Of a DNA stretch of 40,222 nt, positions 1 through 8,435 are shown in pieces. The notes beneath the pieces were generated by a model. The model did no database searches. It was not told the origin of the DNA and saw only the letters and a program-made list of their open reading frames with translations. The stretch is taken from positions 1-40,222 of the IMG/VR virus record IMGVR_UViG_3300014655_000005; one strand, given 5' to 3'. The first letter of the stretch is position 1, and every line of letters starts with the position of its first letter. This DNA comes from a virus (Duplodnaviria; Caudoviricetes). Both the position numbers and the translations under genes were made by a program.

Positions 1-107
1 AGCGCGCGCTCGAGCTCGTCGACGCGCGCCTCGGCGGCGCGGGCGCGCTCGAGATAGCGGTTGTTGGCGGCGAGGAGGTCGGCGTTTTGGCGCGCCAGGT
101 CGGTCAT
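1..107 (-). CDS. Hypothetical coiled-coil protein, 5' part only (MTDLARQNADLLAANNRYLERARAAEARVDELE...)
   Basis: ATG at 107 overlaps stop of upstream ORF (ATGA); frame open to window edge. Confidence 0.6.
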   Translation of the reverse strand, partial: MTDLARQNADLLAANNRYLERARAAEARVDELERA

Positions 108-574
108 GACCGCATCCCATCGAAATGGCGCGCGGCGGCGTCGAAGCGATAGGGAACGCCGTCGTCGAAGGCGTAGTAGAAGACCTCGAACACATCGTCT
201 GGCTCGAAACTGTCGCCGACGTACTCGCGAAGCAGGCGCACGCACTCCTCAAGGCTGGTCGCGAGCGTCTCGGCCTGAAAGCCGCCGAGGATGCAGCACG
301 TATTTGCTTCGGACGGCATCGGCACGTCGACTGTGTAACCCTCGGCCGTCAGCTTGAGCGGCCAGACGCCGTAGTCGGAGCGGCTGACGAATATGACATG
401 GTCGCCGTCTTTGAGCGCGCGGCAATTACTGTTGGCTTCGTCAGGCGAGAAGCGCAGGTCGAGCGCCGGCGCACCGTCGTCGAGGTCCACGATCCATGCG
501 TCAGGAGTCGGCCGGTCCGGCGGCATGATCTCGTCGACGAGGTCTTGCGGGAAATAGGCGGTCTTGTCAGTCAT
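104..574 (-). CDS. Hypothetical phage protein (156 aa, MTDKTAYFPQD...)
   Basis: Protein-like composition from ATG 574; overlaps neighbours in the operon. Confidence 0.7.
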   Translation of the reverse strand: MTDKTAYFPQDLVDEIMPPDRPTPDAWIVDLDDGAPALDLRFSPDEANSNCRALKDGDHVIFVSRSDYGVWPLKLTAEGYTVDVPMPSEANTCCILGGFQAETLATSLEECVRLLREYVGDSFEPDDVFEVFYYAFDDGVPYRFDAAARHFDGMRS

Positions 575-785
575 GGGCGTTGTCCGGGTTGGCGGGTTTG
601 GCCGCGGAAACGCCGAGCGAGAAGCCCTCGCCCGATCGCGCGCGCTCGATGAGATCGTCGTAAAGAACCTCGGCCTCGTAATCGCCGTCGCAGAGGATCT
701 CGATCGAGACGACGTCGTCTTGAATGCTGATCGCCAGGCGCTTGCCGACCAGGTCGGCGCGCGGGCGTGCGGGGCGTTCAATCAT
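567..785 (-). CDS. Hypothetical phage protein (72 aa)
   Basis: GAGG upstream; fits overlapping gene chain. Confidence 0.65.
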   Translation of the reverse strand: MIERPARPRADLVGKRLAISIQDDVVSIEILCDGDYEAEVLYDDLIERARSGEGFSLGVSAAKPANPDNAHD

Positions 786-800
786 GCAGCAAATCCTCGC

Positions 801-1430
801 TCATCCCGCTCTCCTCTCCTTCAGCGCGGCGGCGCGGGCGGCATTCAGCGCGGCCATGGCTTCGGTCGAGCCGCCGGCGTCGGGGTGGCGCTCGCGGGCG
901 AGGCGGCGGAATTGCGCCTCGACGACGTCGGCCGACGCGTCGCGGCGCGTCTCCAGCACGTCCCACCACGGCCGCTCCGCGCCCGGCGCGGGCAGGGCGA
1001 CGAAGCCGGCGAACATCTCGGCGACCGAGGCGACGCCGTGGCGCTCGATCGCGCGGGTCGCCTCGATATGGGCGGCGAGCGCGGCGATGTTGTCGGCGAC
1101 GCGGCCATAGGTGTCGCAGGGCATGCAGACCGGCTCGCCCTGGAGCTGGAAATAGAGCGCGACGCCGGGATCGCGCGGCTCGGGCCCTCCCGAGCGCGGC
1201 AGGCCGTCGAGCCGCGGTTCGAGGTTGGAGCTGACGACGGGATAGCGCGCGCCGATGCGGTCGAGCTCGGTCTGGAGCCGGGCCAGCGCCTCGGCGACCG
1301 AGATCTCGCCGGCGCTGCGCCAGCCGCCATTGTCGCGCATCTTGGCGAACTTGCCGGCCTTGCGTTGCGCCGCCGCGCGGCGTGGGCGCGCAGCCGGCCA
1401 TTGCAGCGGGAAGGGCGCGATCGTCGTCAT
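801..1430 (-). CDS. Phage J-domain (DnaJ-like) protein, 209 aa
   Basis: C-terminal PWWDVLE...QFRRLARERHPDAGGS...LNAA with intact HPD motif; ATGA-coupled start. Confidence 0.85.
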   Translation of the reverse strand: MTTIAPFPLQWPAARPRRAAAQRKAGKFAKMRDNGGWRSAGEISVAEALARLQTELDRIGARYPVVSSNLEPRLDGLPRSGGPEPRDPGVALYFQLQGEPVCMPCDTYGRVADNIAALAAHIEATRAIERHGVASVAEMFAGFVALPAPGAERPWWDVLETRRDASADVVEAQFRRLARERHPDAGGSTEAMAALNAARAAALKERRAG

Positions 1431-1642
1431 CGGGAAACTCCAGCGAGGGTGCGAGCGCGGGCCGAGCCGACGGCGGCCTCGAAGAATTCCAGCCACAGGC
1501 GCGCGGTCGGCAGATCGATCTCGCCGGAGAGGCCGATCGCGACCTGGCCGTCGTCGCCGAGCGCGGAGAGGCCGACGCGGACCTTGTCGCCGGCGCGCTC
1601 GGCCTGGAAGAGGAGGGCGAGGTCTTCGGCGGGTTCGGTCAT
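1427..1642 (-). CDS. Hypothetical phage protein (71 aa)
   Basis: ATGA overlaps at both ends; GGAG upstream. Confidence 0.65.
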   Translation of the reverse strand: MTEPAEDLALLFQAERAGDKVRVGLSALGDDGQVAIGLSGEIDLPTARLWLEFFEAAVGSARARTLAGVSR

Positions 1643-1833
1643 GGCTTTTCTCCCGCGTTGACGCGGCGCGCCAGGGCGTCGATCCGACGGCTTTCGTTCG
1701 CCGCCGCGAGAGCGCCGCGGGCGGCGAGGGCGGCGCGGACCCGGGCGGCGGCGCGGCGTTCGCCCTCGGCGATCCCCTCCTTGAGGCCGAGCTGGTAGGC
1801 GTGGCTCGCGCGCAATGTGTCGGGCGGCTTCAT
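1639..1833 (-). CDS. Hypothetical phage protein (64 aa, MKPPDTLRAS...)
   Basis: ATGA-coupled; GGAGG upstream. Confidence 0.6.
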   Translation of the reverse strand: MKPPDTLRASHAYQLGLKEGIAEGERRAAARVRAALAARGALAAANESRRIDALARRVNAGEKP

Positions 1834-2030
1834 CGGCGGCCCTCCTCGCCTTGGGCCTCGGCGGGCGAGCGCCTGGTCGCCGCGCCGGGGTCGAGGAGGC
1901 GCGCCAGCGCCGGATCGTCGCGCCAGCCGGGGAACATGACGCAATGGGCGCAGAGATCGCTCGGATCGTCCGGCTGCGGCGCGAAAGGAAAGACCTCGCG
2001 GCCGCAGGCGCGGCAGAGGAAGCTAGGCAT
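1830..2030 (-). CDS. Small zinc-finger-like protein (66 aa)
   Basis: CRAC...CAHC pairs; coupled to neighbours. Confidence 0.6.
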   Translation of the reverse strand: MPSFLCRACGREVFPFAPQPDDPSDLCAHCVMFPGWRDDPALARLLDPGAATRRSPAEAQGEEGRR

Positions 2031-2322
2031 CGGAGGGCTCCGGAAAGTGTTTGGCGTCAAGGCTTTCGCCGCGCCGCAGCGCGGCCTCGGCGCCGGATCG
2101 GGTGAGGACGAAGGTGAAGTCGCCGCCGCTCAGCACGCTCGGCTTGAAACGCCGAGCCGCGCCGGCCGCCGTCATGGCTTCCCATTGGTCGAAATCGTCG
2201 TGGCCCGGTCCGCAGCAGAAATGGTTCCGGTAGGACTGACGCCCGCGCGTAAGCCCGAGCGCGTGCCGCGCCAATTCGATTTGGGCGGCGGAGAGAACCA
2301 ACGTGGCGGCGTCCTCACGCAT
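2023..2322 (-). CDS. Hypothetical phage protein (99 aa, MREDAATLVL...YRNHF...)
   Basis: Protein-like sequence in overlapping chain. Confidence 0.65.
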   Translation of the reverse strand: MREDAATLVLSAAQIELARHALGLTRGRQSYRNHFCCGPGHDDFDQWEAMTAAGAARRFKPSVLSGGDFTFVLTRSGAEAALRRGESLDAKHFPEPSDA

Positions 2323-2587
2323 TGCCGGACCTTTCATGTTCGGGGGCGACCTCGGGGGCGCGCCAATCGAGCTTGAGGCCGGTTCGGCGCTGGACCAGGT
2401 CAGCGACGACCTCGCGCATCAGCGTCATGAAGCCGGCCTTGAGCGCGGGATTCGCCATCACGATCGAAAGCTTGATCGAGCCCAGCGGCCGCGCGCCCTC
2501 CATCGTGTCGGGCAGCGCGTAATAGGCGTTCCAGTCCGCGCCCTCCTGACGCAGCGCGAGACGGCCGATCTTCATTTGCCCGGGCAT
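2315..2587 (-). CDS. Hypothetical phage protein (90 aa)
   Basis: GGAGG 7 nt before ATG 2587; globular-looking sequence. Confidence 0.7.
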   Translation of the reverse strand: MPGQMKIGRLALRQEGADWNAYYALPDTMEGARPLGSIKLSIVMANPALKAGFMTLMREVVADLVQRRTGLKLDWRAPEVAPEHERSGNA

Positions 2588-2781
2588 AGGCGCGCCTCCG
2601 CTCCTTCGAGAAACTTGACCGCCACGAGGCTGACGCCGAAGCGGTCGACGGCCACGCGCGGCGTCGGCGCCGGCTTGCTCCGATCCACGCCCCAGCGGGC
2701 GCGCAGGATCTCGGCGCGTTCGGCGCGGGACACGCGGCGCAGCCAGGCGGGGCCGTAAAGGCGGGAAGGGCGATCGCTCAT
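2572..2781 (-). CDS. Hypothetical phage protein (69 aa, MSDRPSRLYG...)
   Basis: ATGA overlap with upstream stop; AGGAG upstream. Confidence 0.55.
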   Translation of the reverse strand: MSDRPSRLYGPAWLRRVSRAERAEILRARWGVDRSKPAPTPRVAVDRFGVSLVAVKFLEGAEARLCPGK

Positions 2782-3605
2782 GCGGTCTCCTCTGCCCGCG
2801 CCGCGATCAGCGCGACGAAGGCGAATTTCTCGACCTTGCGCAGGTCGATGCGTTCGAGATTGGCGAGAATGAAGCGGCGGAGCTCCGCGGGTTCGATGTC
2901 GAAGGACGAGCCGCCCTGTTGCGGCAGGCGCTGGTCGGGCCGCCGCGGCGCGGCGATGTCGCCGGCGAGGATCCACGCGCCGACCGTCTTCGAGTCGACG
3001 CCCAGCAGCTTCGCGACGGCGTGCGAGCTATACGTCGAGCGCGCCGCGCGCCGCGACAGGTCGAGCCGCTTGGCGCGGCAGCCGATCGCGGTCGGGGAGC
3101 GCGCGAAGCCGCGTTCCGCGAAGAAGACGGACGCCCGCTTCAAATCGTGCAGCGGCGCCTTGGCCATCAACGCGATCTCGGCGTCGCTCCACGGCGGCTC
3201 CTTTTTGTGCGGCATCGTCAGGCCGAGTTCGAGCGCGCGCTTGGACAGCCAGTGGCGCGGCACGCGGAGTTCGTCGGCGAGCGCTGCGACAGCGCCGCGG
3301 CCCTTCAACTCGGCCCAGCGGGCGCGGATGATCTCGTCGTCGGGCTTGGCATAGGCGCCGCGCGGATTGACGCTCGCGCAGCGCACGCCGAGGATTTTGG
3401 CGCGCATGTAAATCGCCTGCCTGCTGCGCCCTTCGAGCCGCAAGGCGCAGGCGGCCGCCCCTCCGGCTGGATAGGCTTCGCGGATGATCGCGTCCTCCCC
3501 GAGGGTCCAGAACTTGTCGCTGTGGCGCCCTGGGCGGTAGGGCGCGGACAGGCGCGGCGCGTGGCCGCGGCCCTTCTTGAACGAAACCGGCGCGAGATCG
3601 CTCAT
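2778..3605 (-). CDS. DNA-binding protein with three Myb/SANT-like repeats and a C-terminal excisionase/MerR-type HTH (275 aa)
   Basis: Repeats FWTLGEDAIIREAY...RSRQAIYMRAKILGV, DDEIIRARW...LSKRALELGL, WSDAEIALM...RSPTAIGCRAKRLDL; then YSSHAVAKLLGVDSKTVGAWILAG. Confidence 0.7.
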   Translation of the reverse strand: MSDLAPVSFKKGRGHAPRLSAPYRPGRHSDKFWTLGEDAIIREAYPAGGAAACALRLEGRSRQAIYMRAKILGVRCASVNPRGAYAKPDDEIIRARWAELKGRGAVAALADELRVPRHWLSKRALELGLTMPHKKEPPWSDAEIALMAKAPLHDLKRASVFFAERGFARSPTAIGCRAKRLDLSRRAARSTYSSHAVAKLLGVDSKTVGAWILAGDIAAPRRPDQRLPQQGGSSFDIEPAELRRFILANLERIDLRKVEKFAFVALIAARAEETA

Positions 3606-4912
3606 GGCCGCATTCCCCGCGACAGCCGCACCGCGCGGCTTGGGCCGTCGTCGTCGAATTCGACCGCGCCGAGCGAATCGACCAGCGCGAGCGCAAACGC
3701 GATTTTTCTCTCCTCGACCTCCAGCGCGCCGGCGAAATCGGCGACGCGCGCGCCGTCGGGGGCGAGCGGCGTCAATGCAGCGAAAATGCGCGTCGCCAGC
3801 GGCGCCGAGGGGTCGCGCAAGAACGCGCGCACCGCCCGCGCGCCGGCGGGAAGGCCGGCGCAATCGTCGCGCGCCTCGGCATCGGCCTTGGCCTGCGCCG
3901 CGAGCCCCTCGACGTCGATCAGCGCCGCGCCTTCGCCGGCGCCGAGGCGCGGCGGCGCAATGAGCGCGGGGCGCGCGCCGGCGTGATGGGTGGCGACCGC
4001 GCCGATGCGGGCGATCAGCGAGGAGCGCGAGAAGCCGGGCCCGACGGCGACGAAGTCGCCCGGCGCCAGCATCGGCAGGCGATCGAAGGCTTTGCGCGCA
4101 TCCCAGCCGCTCGTCTCGGCGGCGCGGCGGATGTCGATGTCGAGCGTGTTGAGGCCGACGAGAAAATTGAGCGCCTCGGAAACCACCGATTTTGCCATCC
4201 GCGCCAAGCGCTGGGTGGCGATGACGCCGGCGAGGCCGCGCTTGCGCCCGCGGCTCATCAGGTCGGTAAGCGCCTGGATCGATTCCTTGCGCAGCGACGC
4301 GGCGCCGTCGAGCGCGCCGCCATAGGGCGCGAAGAGATGCGCCTCGTCGATCAGCACCAGCGCTGGCGTCCAATGCTCGCGCGGCGCGGCGACCAGGGCG
4401 CGGGCGAAGGCGGCGAAGATCTGCATCTGGCGCTCGCGATCGAGCTGGGAGAGATCGAGCCGGGCGGAAATGCGATGCTCGCGCAACCGCAGCGCGGCGG
4501 TCTCGATCGAAGCGATGTCGAGCGCCGCGCCGTCGAGCGCGACGAGGCCGAGCGCGTCGACCAGGTTGGCGAAATCGCCCTCGGGATCGATGACGATCTG
4601 CTGGACCCGGCCGTGCGTCTGTTCGATCAGTCGGCGTAGCGTCCAGCTCTTGCCGGCGCCGGAAACGCCCTGGACGAGCAGGCGACCGTCGAGCAGCGCG
4701 CCGAGCGACAGGCCGAGGGCGCCGCCGGCCTCGGCTTCGCCGAGATCGAGGTCGTCCGGCCGCGACGGCGCGACGACGCGCAGGGCCGGGGCGACTTTCG
4801 GCGTGGAGGCCGACGCCTGCTGGGGAGCGCGCAGGTCGACGCGCTCAGCGCGCATGGCGGCGGCGAAGGCGTCGGCCTGGCGCGGGTCGATGCGGATCGG
4901 AGCTTCGGTCAT
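3602..4912 (-). CDS. HerA/FtsK-superfamily (DUF87-like) ATPase with probable C-terminal winged helix (436 aa)
   Basis: Walker A GVSGAGKS, IDPEGDF, Walker B LIDEAH, arginine finger RGRKRG, ATQR. Confidence 0.88.
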   Translation of the reverse strand: MTEAPIRIDPRQADAFAAAMRAERVDLRAPQQASASTPKVAPALRVVAPSRPDDLDLGEAEAGGALGLSLGALLDGRLLVQGVSGAGKSWTLRRLIEQTHGRVQQIVIDPEGDFANLVDALGLVALDGAALDIASIETAALRLREHRISARLDLSQLDRERQMQIFAAFARALVAAPREHWTPALVLIDEAHLFAPYGGALDGAASLRKESIQALTDLMSRGRKRGLAGVIATQRLARMAKSVVSEALNFLVGLNTLDIDIRRAAETSGWDARKAFDRLPMLAPGDFVAVGPGFSRSSLIARIGAVATHHAGARPALIAPPRLGAGEGAALIDVEGLAAQAKADAEARDDCAGLPAGARAVRAFLRDPSAPLATRIFAALTPLAPDGARVADFAGALEVEERKIAFALALVDSLGAVEFDDDGPSRAVRLSRGMRP

Positions 4913-5199
4913 GCCACCCTCGCGAGCGACTCGAGCGGATGAAGATCGGGGACGGCGCGCACGAGATAGACGAGCGCCTCACGGAGATCGCCGCGGCGGC
5001 AGCGGTCGATCGCCTCGACAAGGGGCGACGGTGAGGAAAGAACGCTCTCGATCGAGGATCGCTGCTCCCTGGCGATCTTCGCGCGATCGCGCAAATTCCT
5101 TTCGTCGGCGTCGGTGATGATGCCGCGAACCCGCAGCTCGCGAATGAGCTCGACGGTGCGGAACTCGTCGAGCTCGACGTCGATGTTGATGGTCGCCAT
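4909..5199 (-). CDS. Hypothetical phage protein (96 aa; alternative GTG start 5211)
   Basis: GAGG before ATG 5199; stop overlaps HerA start. Confidence 0.65.
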   Translation of the reverse strand: MATINIDVELDEFRTVELIRELRVRGIITDADERNLRDRAKIAREQRSSIESVLSSPSPLVEAIDRCRRGDLREALVYLVRAVPDLHPLESLARVA

Positions 5200-5207
5200 A
5201 GCCTGCC

Positions 5208-5477
5208 TCACCCCATGCCGAGCGCGGCGAGGTAGAGATCGAGGATCTCTTCCTCTTCGCGGCGCTGGTCGCGGTCCTGTTTGCGGATGGCGACGATCTT
5301 GCGGATGATCTTGGCGTCGAAGCCGGTTCCCTTGGCCTCGGCGTAGACGTCCTTGATGTCGTCGGAGAGCGCCTTCTTTTCCTCCTCGAGCCGCTCGATG
5401 CGCTCGACGAAGGCGCGCAGATGCCCGGCGTTGACGGCTTCCGACGTCGCGACGGCTTCGCTGGCGGCCGCGCTCAT
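5208..5477 (-). CDS. gapR: GapR-like nucleoid-associated protein (DUF2312/UPF0335), 89 aa
   Basis: [49 protein letters not shown]...[10 protein letters not shown] is the canonical DUF2312 signature. Confidence 0.95.
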   Translation of the reverse strand: MSAAASEAVATSEAVNAGHLRAFVERIERLEEEKKALSDDIKDVYAEAKGTGFDAKIIRKIVAIRKQDRDQRREEEEILDLYLAALGMG

Positions 5478-5995
5478 GACGCGGCGCCCGGCGTGGTTGG
5501 TTCGTCCGTCTGAGGCGCGGCGGCCGCGCCGCCCTCGGGCGCGCTGTGAGGCGCTTCGGCTTCGGCGGCGCCGGCGATGGCGCGTTCGATCGCCGCCATG
5601 TCGAGGGCGCTGCGGCCGCCCTTGGCCCCCGGCTCGAACTGCGGGTTCGTCGCCGGCGCGTCGTCGGCGTGCAGCGCGTCGAGCAGGCGTTTGATCAGCG
5701 TCACCGTCGCCGCGCCTTTGCGCGAGGTGATGTGGCGGCCGATCTGCGCCTCGGTGGCGCGCACGATGTTGATCGAGTCGGCGAGCCGGTCGTCGTTGGC
5801 GTCGCGCGCGTCGGCATCGGCGCGATCTTGCGCCTCGCGCCGTTCGGCTTCGGCGCGGCGCGCCGCCTCGTCCTCGGCGGCCTTGAGCTCGGCGGCGATC
5901 GCCGCGTCGGCGCGGTCGAGCGCGCCTCCCAAAGCGGGAGGCGGCGGCGTGAAGGGATCGTCGTGCGGGGGCAGGCGCAGGCGCTGGACGCTCAT
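5474..5995 (-). CDS. Hypothetical protein (173 aa, [10 protein letters not shown]...)
   Basis: GAGGAG upstream, ATGA overlaps at both ends, helical Ala/Glu-rich core. Confidence 0.65.
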   Translation of the reverse strand: MSVQRLRLPPHDDPFTPPPPALGGALDRADAAIAAELKAAEDEAARRAEAERREAQDRADADARDANDDRLADSINIVRATEAQIGRHITSRKGAATVTLIKRLLDALHADDAPATNPQFEPGAKGGRSALDMAAIERAIAGAAEAEAPHSAPEGGAAAAPQTDEPTTPGAAS

Positions 5996-6150
5996 CGTTT
6001 TCGCTCCTCGGGGTTGGGCCACTCGGCGTAGGCGGCGTCGTAGGGTTCGTCCTCGACGCGCCTGGATCCCACCAGGGCGCCGGCCGCCGCGCCGGCGATC
6101 GCGCCGACCACAAGGCCGACGACGGCGCCGAGGACGAAGGCGAAAATCAT
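5992..6150 (-). CDS. Small single-TM protein (52 aa, [16 protein letters not shown]...)
   Basis: Hydrophobic N-terminus; ATGA overlap with upstream micro-ORF. Confidence 0.55.
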   Translation of the reverse strand: MIFAFVLGAVVGLVVGAIAGAAAGALVGSRRVEDEPYDAAYAEWPNPEERKR

Positions 6151-6242
6151 CCCACCCATGCCCGCGCTCCGCATTGGATCGCCACGACGAAGGCGCCGAG
6201 GCAGGCGAGCTCGAAGAGGTCCCAGGCGAGGGCGCGGATCAT
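6147..6242 (-). CDS. Hydrophobic micro-protein (31 aa, [31 protein letters not shown])
   Basis: Translated by hand; AAGGGA upstream; 4-nt overlaps at both ends. Confidence 0.5.
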   Translation of the reverse strand: MIRALAWDLFELACLGAFVVAIQCGARAWVG

Positions 6243-6400
6243 GATCGGTCCCTTTTCAGCGTGAACAGCGGCCAGAAGCGCCGCCATGAGGACTTCGGCG
6301 CCGGTTGCAGCGCGCGCAAAACGCGGGCCTGGTTGCGGCGCGCGGCGCGATAGGTCACCCCGGCGCGCCCTCGGCGCCGCTTCGTCTGGGCCTGGCTCAC
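6239..6400 (-). CDS. Basic micro-protein (53 aa, MSQAQTKRRRGRAG...RRFWPLFTLKRDRS)
   Basis: Translated by hand; GTGA and ATGA overlaps exactly fill the gap. Confidence 0.45.
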   Translation of the reverse strand: MSQAQTKRRRGRAGVTYRAARRNQARVLRALQPAPKSSWRRFWPLFTLKRDRS

Positions 6401-6627
6401 AGCGGCTCTCCCATCGCGCGGATGGCGGCGCCGTCGAGCGGCACGTCGGGGCGGCGGATCTCGATCAGCTCGCGCTCGAGCGCGGCGCAGTCCGCCTCGG
6501 CGCGCACGGCGATCAGCGCGATGCAGGCGGCGACCTTGACGCCGCCCTCGGTGACGCCGATCCAGCGCCGCGTCGCGACGCCGCCGAAGGGAACGATGAG
6601 ATCGGTCGATTCGAGCGTCAGCTTCAC
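6397..6627 (-). CDS. Hypothetical phage protein (76 aa, MKLTLESTDL...)
   Basis: GTG start overlapping ParB-family stop; GGAGGGAG upstream. Confidence 0.7.
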   Translation of the reverse strand: MKLTLESTDLIVPFGGVATRRWIGVTEGGVKVAACIALIAVRAEADCAALERELIEIRRPDVPLDGAAIRAMGEPL

Positions 6628-8435
6628 GACGGATCTCCCTCCAGCCGCAGAAATTCGGGCAGCCAGCTCTTGGCCTTGGCGATGATGCGGGCCTGCGCGA
6701 AGAGCGCTTCGTCGTCGCGCCAGGCGTGGCTCATTTCGAGCGCTTCGCCGCCGCAATCGCGGATCGCGGCGAGCGCATGCGCGCGCCCCGCCTCGCGGAA
6801 GAAGGCGGCGTAGTCGAAGCCTTCGGCGATGCGGGCGGGCAGCTCCGGCTCGGCGCCGGCGGCGAAATCGGCCAGCGCGCGGGAAAAGTCCGCGTCGGCG
6901 CCGCGCAGATCGACCGACGCGGCGACGCATTCGGCGAAGGCGTCGGCGAGCGCCTCGGGCGTCCAGGCGGCGACGACGTCGAGCGCCTCGGCGAAGCCGA
7001 GCTTCCCGAGATCGAGCAGCGCGCGGGCGCGCACCGAGCGCGGACCCTGATCGCGGGCGATGCGGACCGGGCGGCGATGGACGCCGGCGACGGCGAAGGC
7101 GGCGACGCAGGCGACGAGCGCGAGGCGCTGGCTGCCGGCGATCGCCTCGGCGAGCGCGCGGGAGGCGGCGGTCTCGGCGACGCGGCGCGCCGCCGGCGCG
7201 AGCCCAGGCGCTGCCGCCCCTCGCGTCGCGCGCGCGCAGGAGGTGGGCGCGGCGGCGACGCAAGGGGCGGCCTCGCCAGCGGCCGGAGACGGGCTGGACG
7301 GGACGTCCGGCGCGGCGGCGAGCGGTGGATCGAAGCGGACGGCGCGGCGCACCACCGCGCGGTCGATCGCGGCGCGCCCTTCGGCGTCGAGCGCGACGGC
7401 GACGCCATAGGCGTGGCGCTGCGCCGCCGGCACGGCGCGCAGGGCGGCGGCGCGCTCGATTTGCTCGCGGGCGACGTGCAGCATCTCGCCGGCGACGGGG
7501 CTCAGCGCCTCGTCGAAGGCGCGCTCGATGCGGGCGAGCTCGGCGCGCTCCTCGGGCAGCAGGTCCTGCAGGCGCTCGATCGGCGCGGGGTCGCCGGGCT
7601 CGAGCGCGAAGCCCCAGCCTTCCTCGGCGCGCAATTGCGCGGCGATCGCGGCGAGCTTCTCGCGCTCGAGGCGGTCGAGCAGCGCGCGGTCGGCGAAACG
7701 CGCCTCCTCGTCGAAGAGATCGTCGAGGATGCGCCCGCCCGCGGCGAGATAGGCCTCCGACCCGACGAAGAGCGCCGCCGGCGCGGACGCGGGAACCTCG
7801 CCCGCGGCGAGACGGCGGCGGATTTCCTGCGGCCGGCCGGCGAGGACGGCAAAATCGGGCGATGCGAGCAACGCCTCCTGCGCCGCCTCGTCGCGCGCCA
7901 GCGCAAAGGCCTGGGCGCTGGCGAGGCCGAAGCGGCCCTCGCGCCAGGCCGCCTTGACGCGCGGCGACAGCGCGGCCAGCGCAATGCGCTCGCGCACGTA
8001 TTTGCGCGTCACGCCGAAGCCGCGGGCGATCGCCTCGGGGCTGCGCTGATGCGCGAGTTCGGCGAATTTCTCGGCTTCGTCGAGCGCGTGCAGGCCCTCG
8101 CGCTCGACGTTCTCGGCCAATGAGGCCTCGCGCGCCGCCGCGTCGTCGCCGTTGAAGACGCGGACGCGCACCACGCAGCGCGCCGGGTCGTCGCCGAAGA
8201 GCCGGCGAAAGCCGGCCCAGCGGCGGCCGCCGGCGAGCACCAGGTACGCCCCGGCGGCGTTGCGGCGCGCAAGCAGCGCCTGCAGCTGGCCGTGCTCGCG
8301 CAAGGAGGCCGCCATGCCCTCGACGTCGAGGGGGCTGAGCGAGCGCGAATTGCATGGATCGAGGCCGACGATCTCCGAGAGGCGGACGACCACCTCGGGG
8401 CCGATCAGGTTGGAGCGGATCGCGGCGGCGTTCAT
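6624..8435 (-). CDS. ParB/RepB/Spo0J-family protein (603 aa)
   Basis: MAASLREHGQLQALLAR...LVLAGGRRW...SLAENVEREGLHALDEA, then HTH EAIARGFGVTRKYVRERIALA. Confidence 0.88.
   Translation of the reverse strand: MNAAAIRSNLIGPEVVVRLSEIVGLDPCNSRSLSPLDVEGMAASLREHGQLQALLARRNAAGAYLVLAGGRRWAGFRRLFGDDPARCVVRVRVFNGDDAAAREASLAENVEREGLHALDEAEKFAELAHQRSPEAIARGFGVTRKYVRERIALAALSPRVKAAWREGRFGLASAQAFALARDEAAQEALLASPDFAVLAGRPQEIRRRLAAGEVPASAPAALFVGSEAYLAAGGRILDDLFDEEARFADRALLDRLEREKLAAIAAQLRAEEGWGFALEPGDPAPIERLQDLLPEERAELARIERAFDEALSPVAGEMLHVAREQIERAAALRAVPAAQRHAYGVAVALDAEGRAAIDRAVVRRAVRFDPPLAAAPDVPSSPSPAAGEAAPCVAAAPTSCARATRGAAAPGLAPAARRVAETAASRALAEAIAGSQRLALVACVAAFAVAGVHRRPVRIARDQGPRSVRARALLDLGKLGFAEALDVVAAWTPEALADAFAECVAASVDLRGADADFSRALADFAAGAEPELPARIAEGFDYAAFFREAGRAHALAAIRDCGGEALEMSHAWRDDEALFAQARIIAKAKSWLPEFLRLEGDPS

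Noticed and set aside
3602-4912. HerA-based defence system (Sir2-HerA or nuclease-HerA)
   Set aside because: No effector partner; sits in the CI-repressed lytic operon with backbone-like composition.
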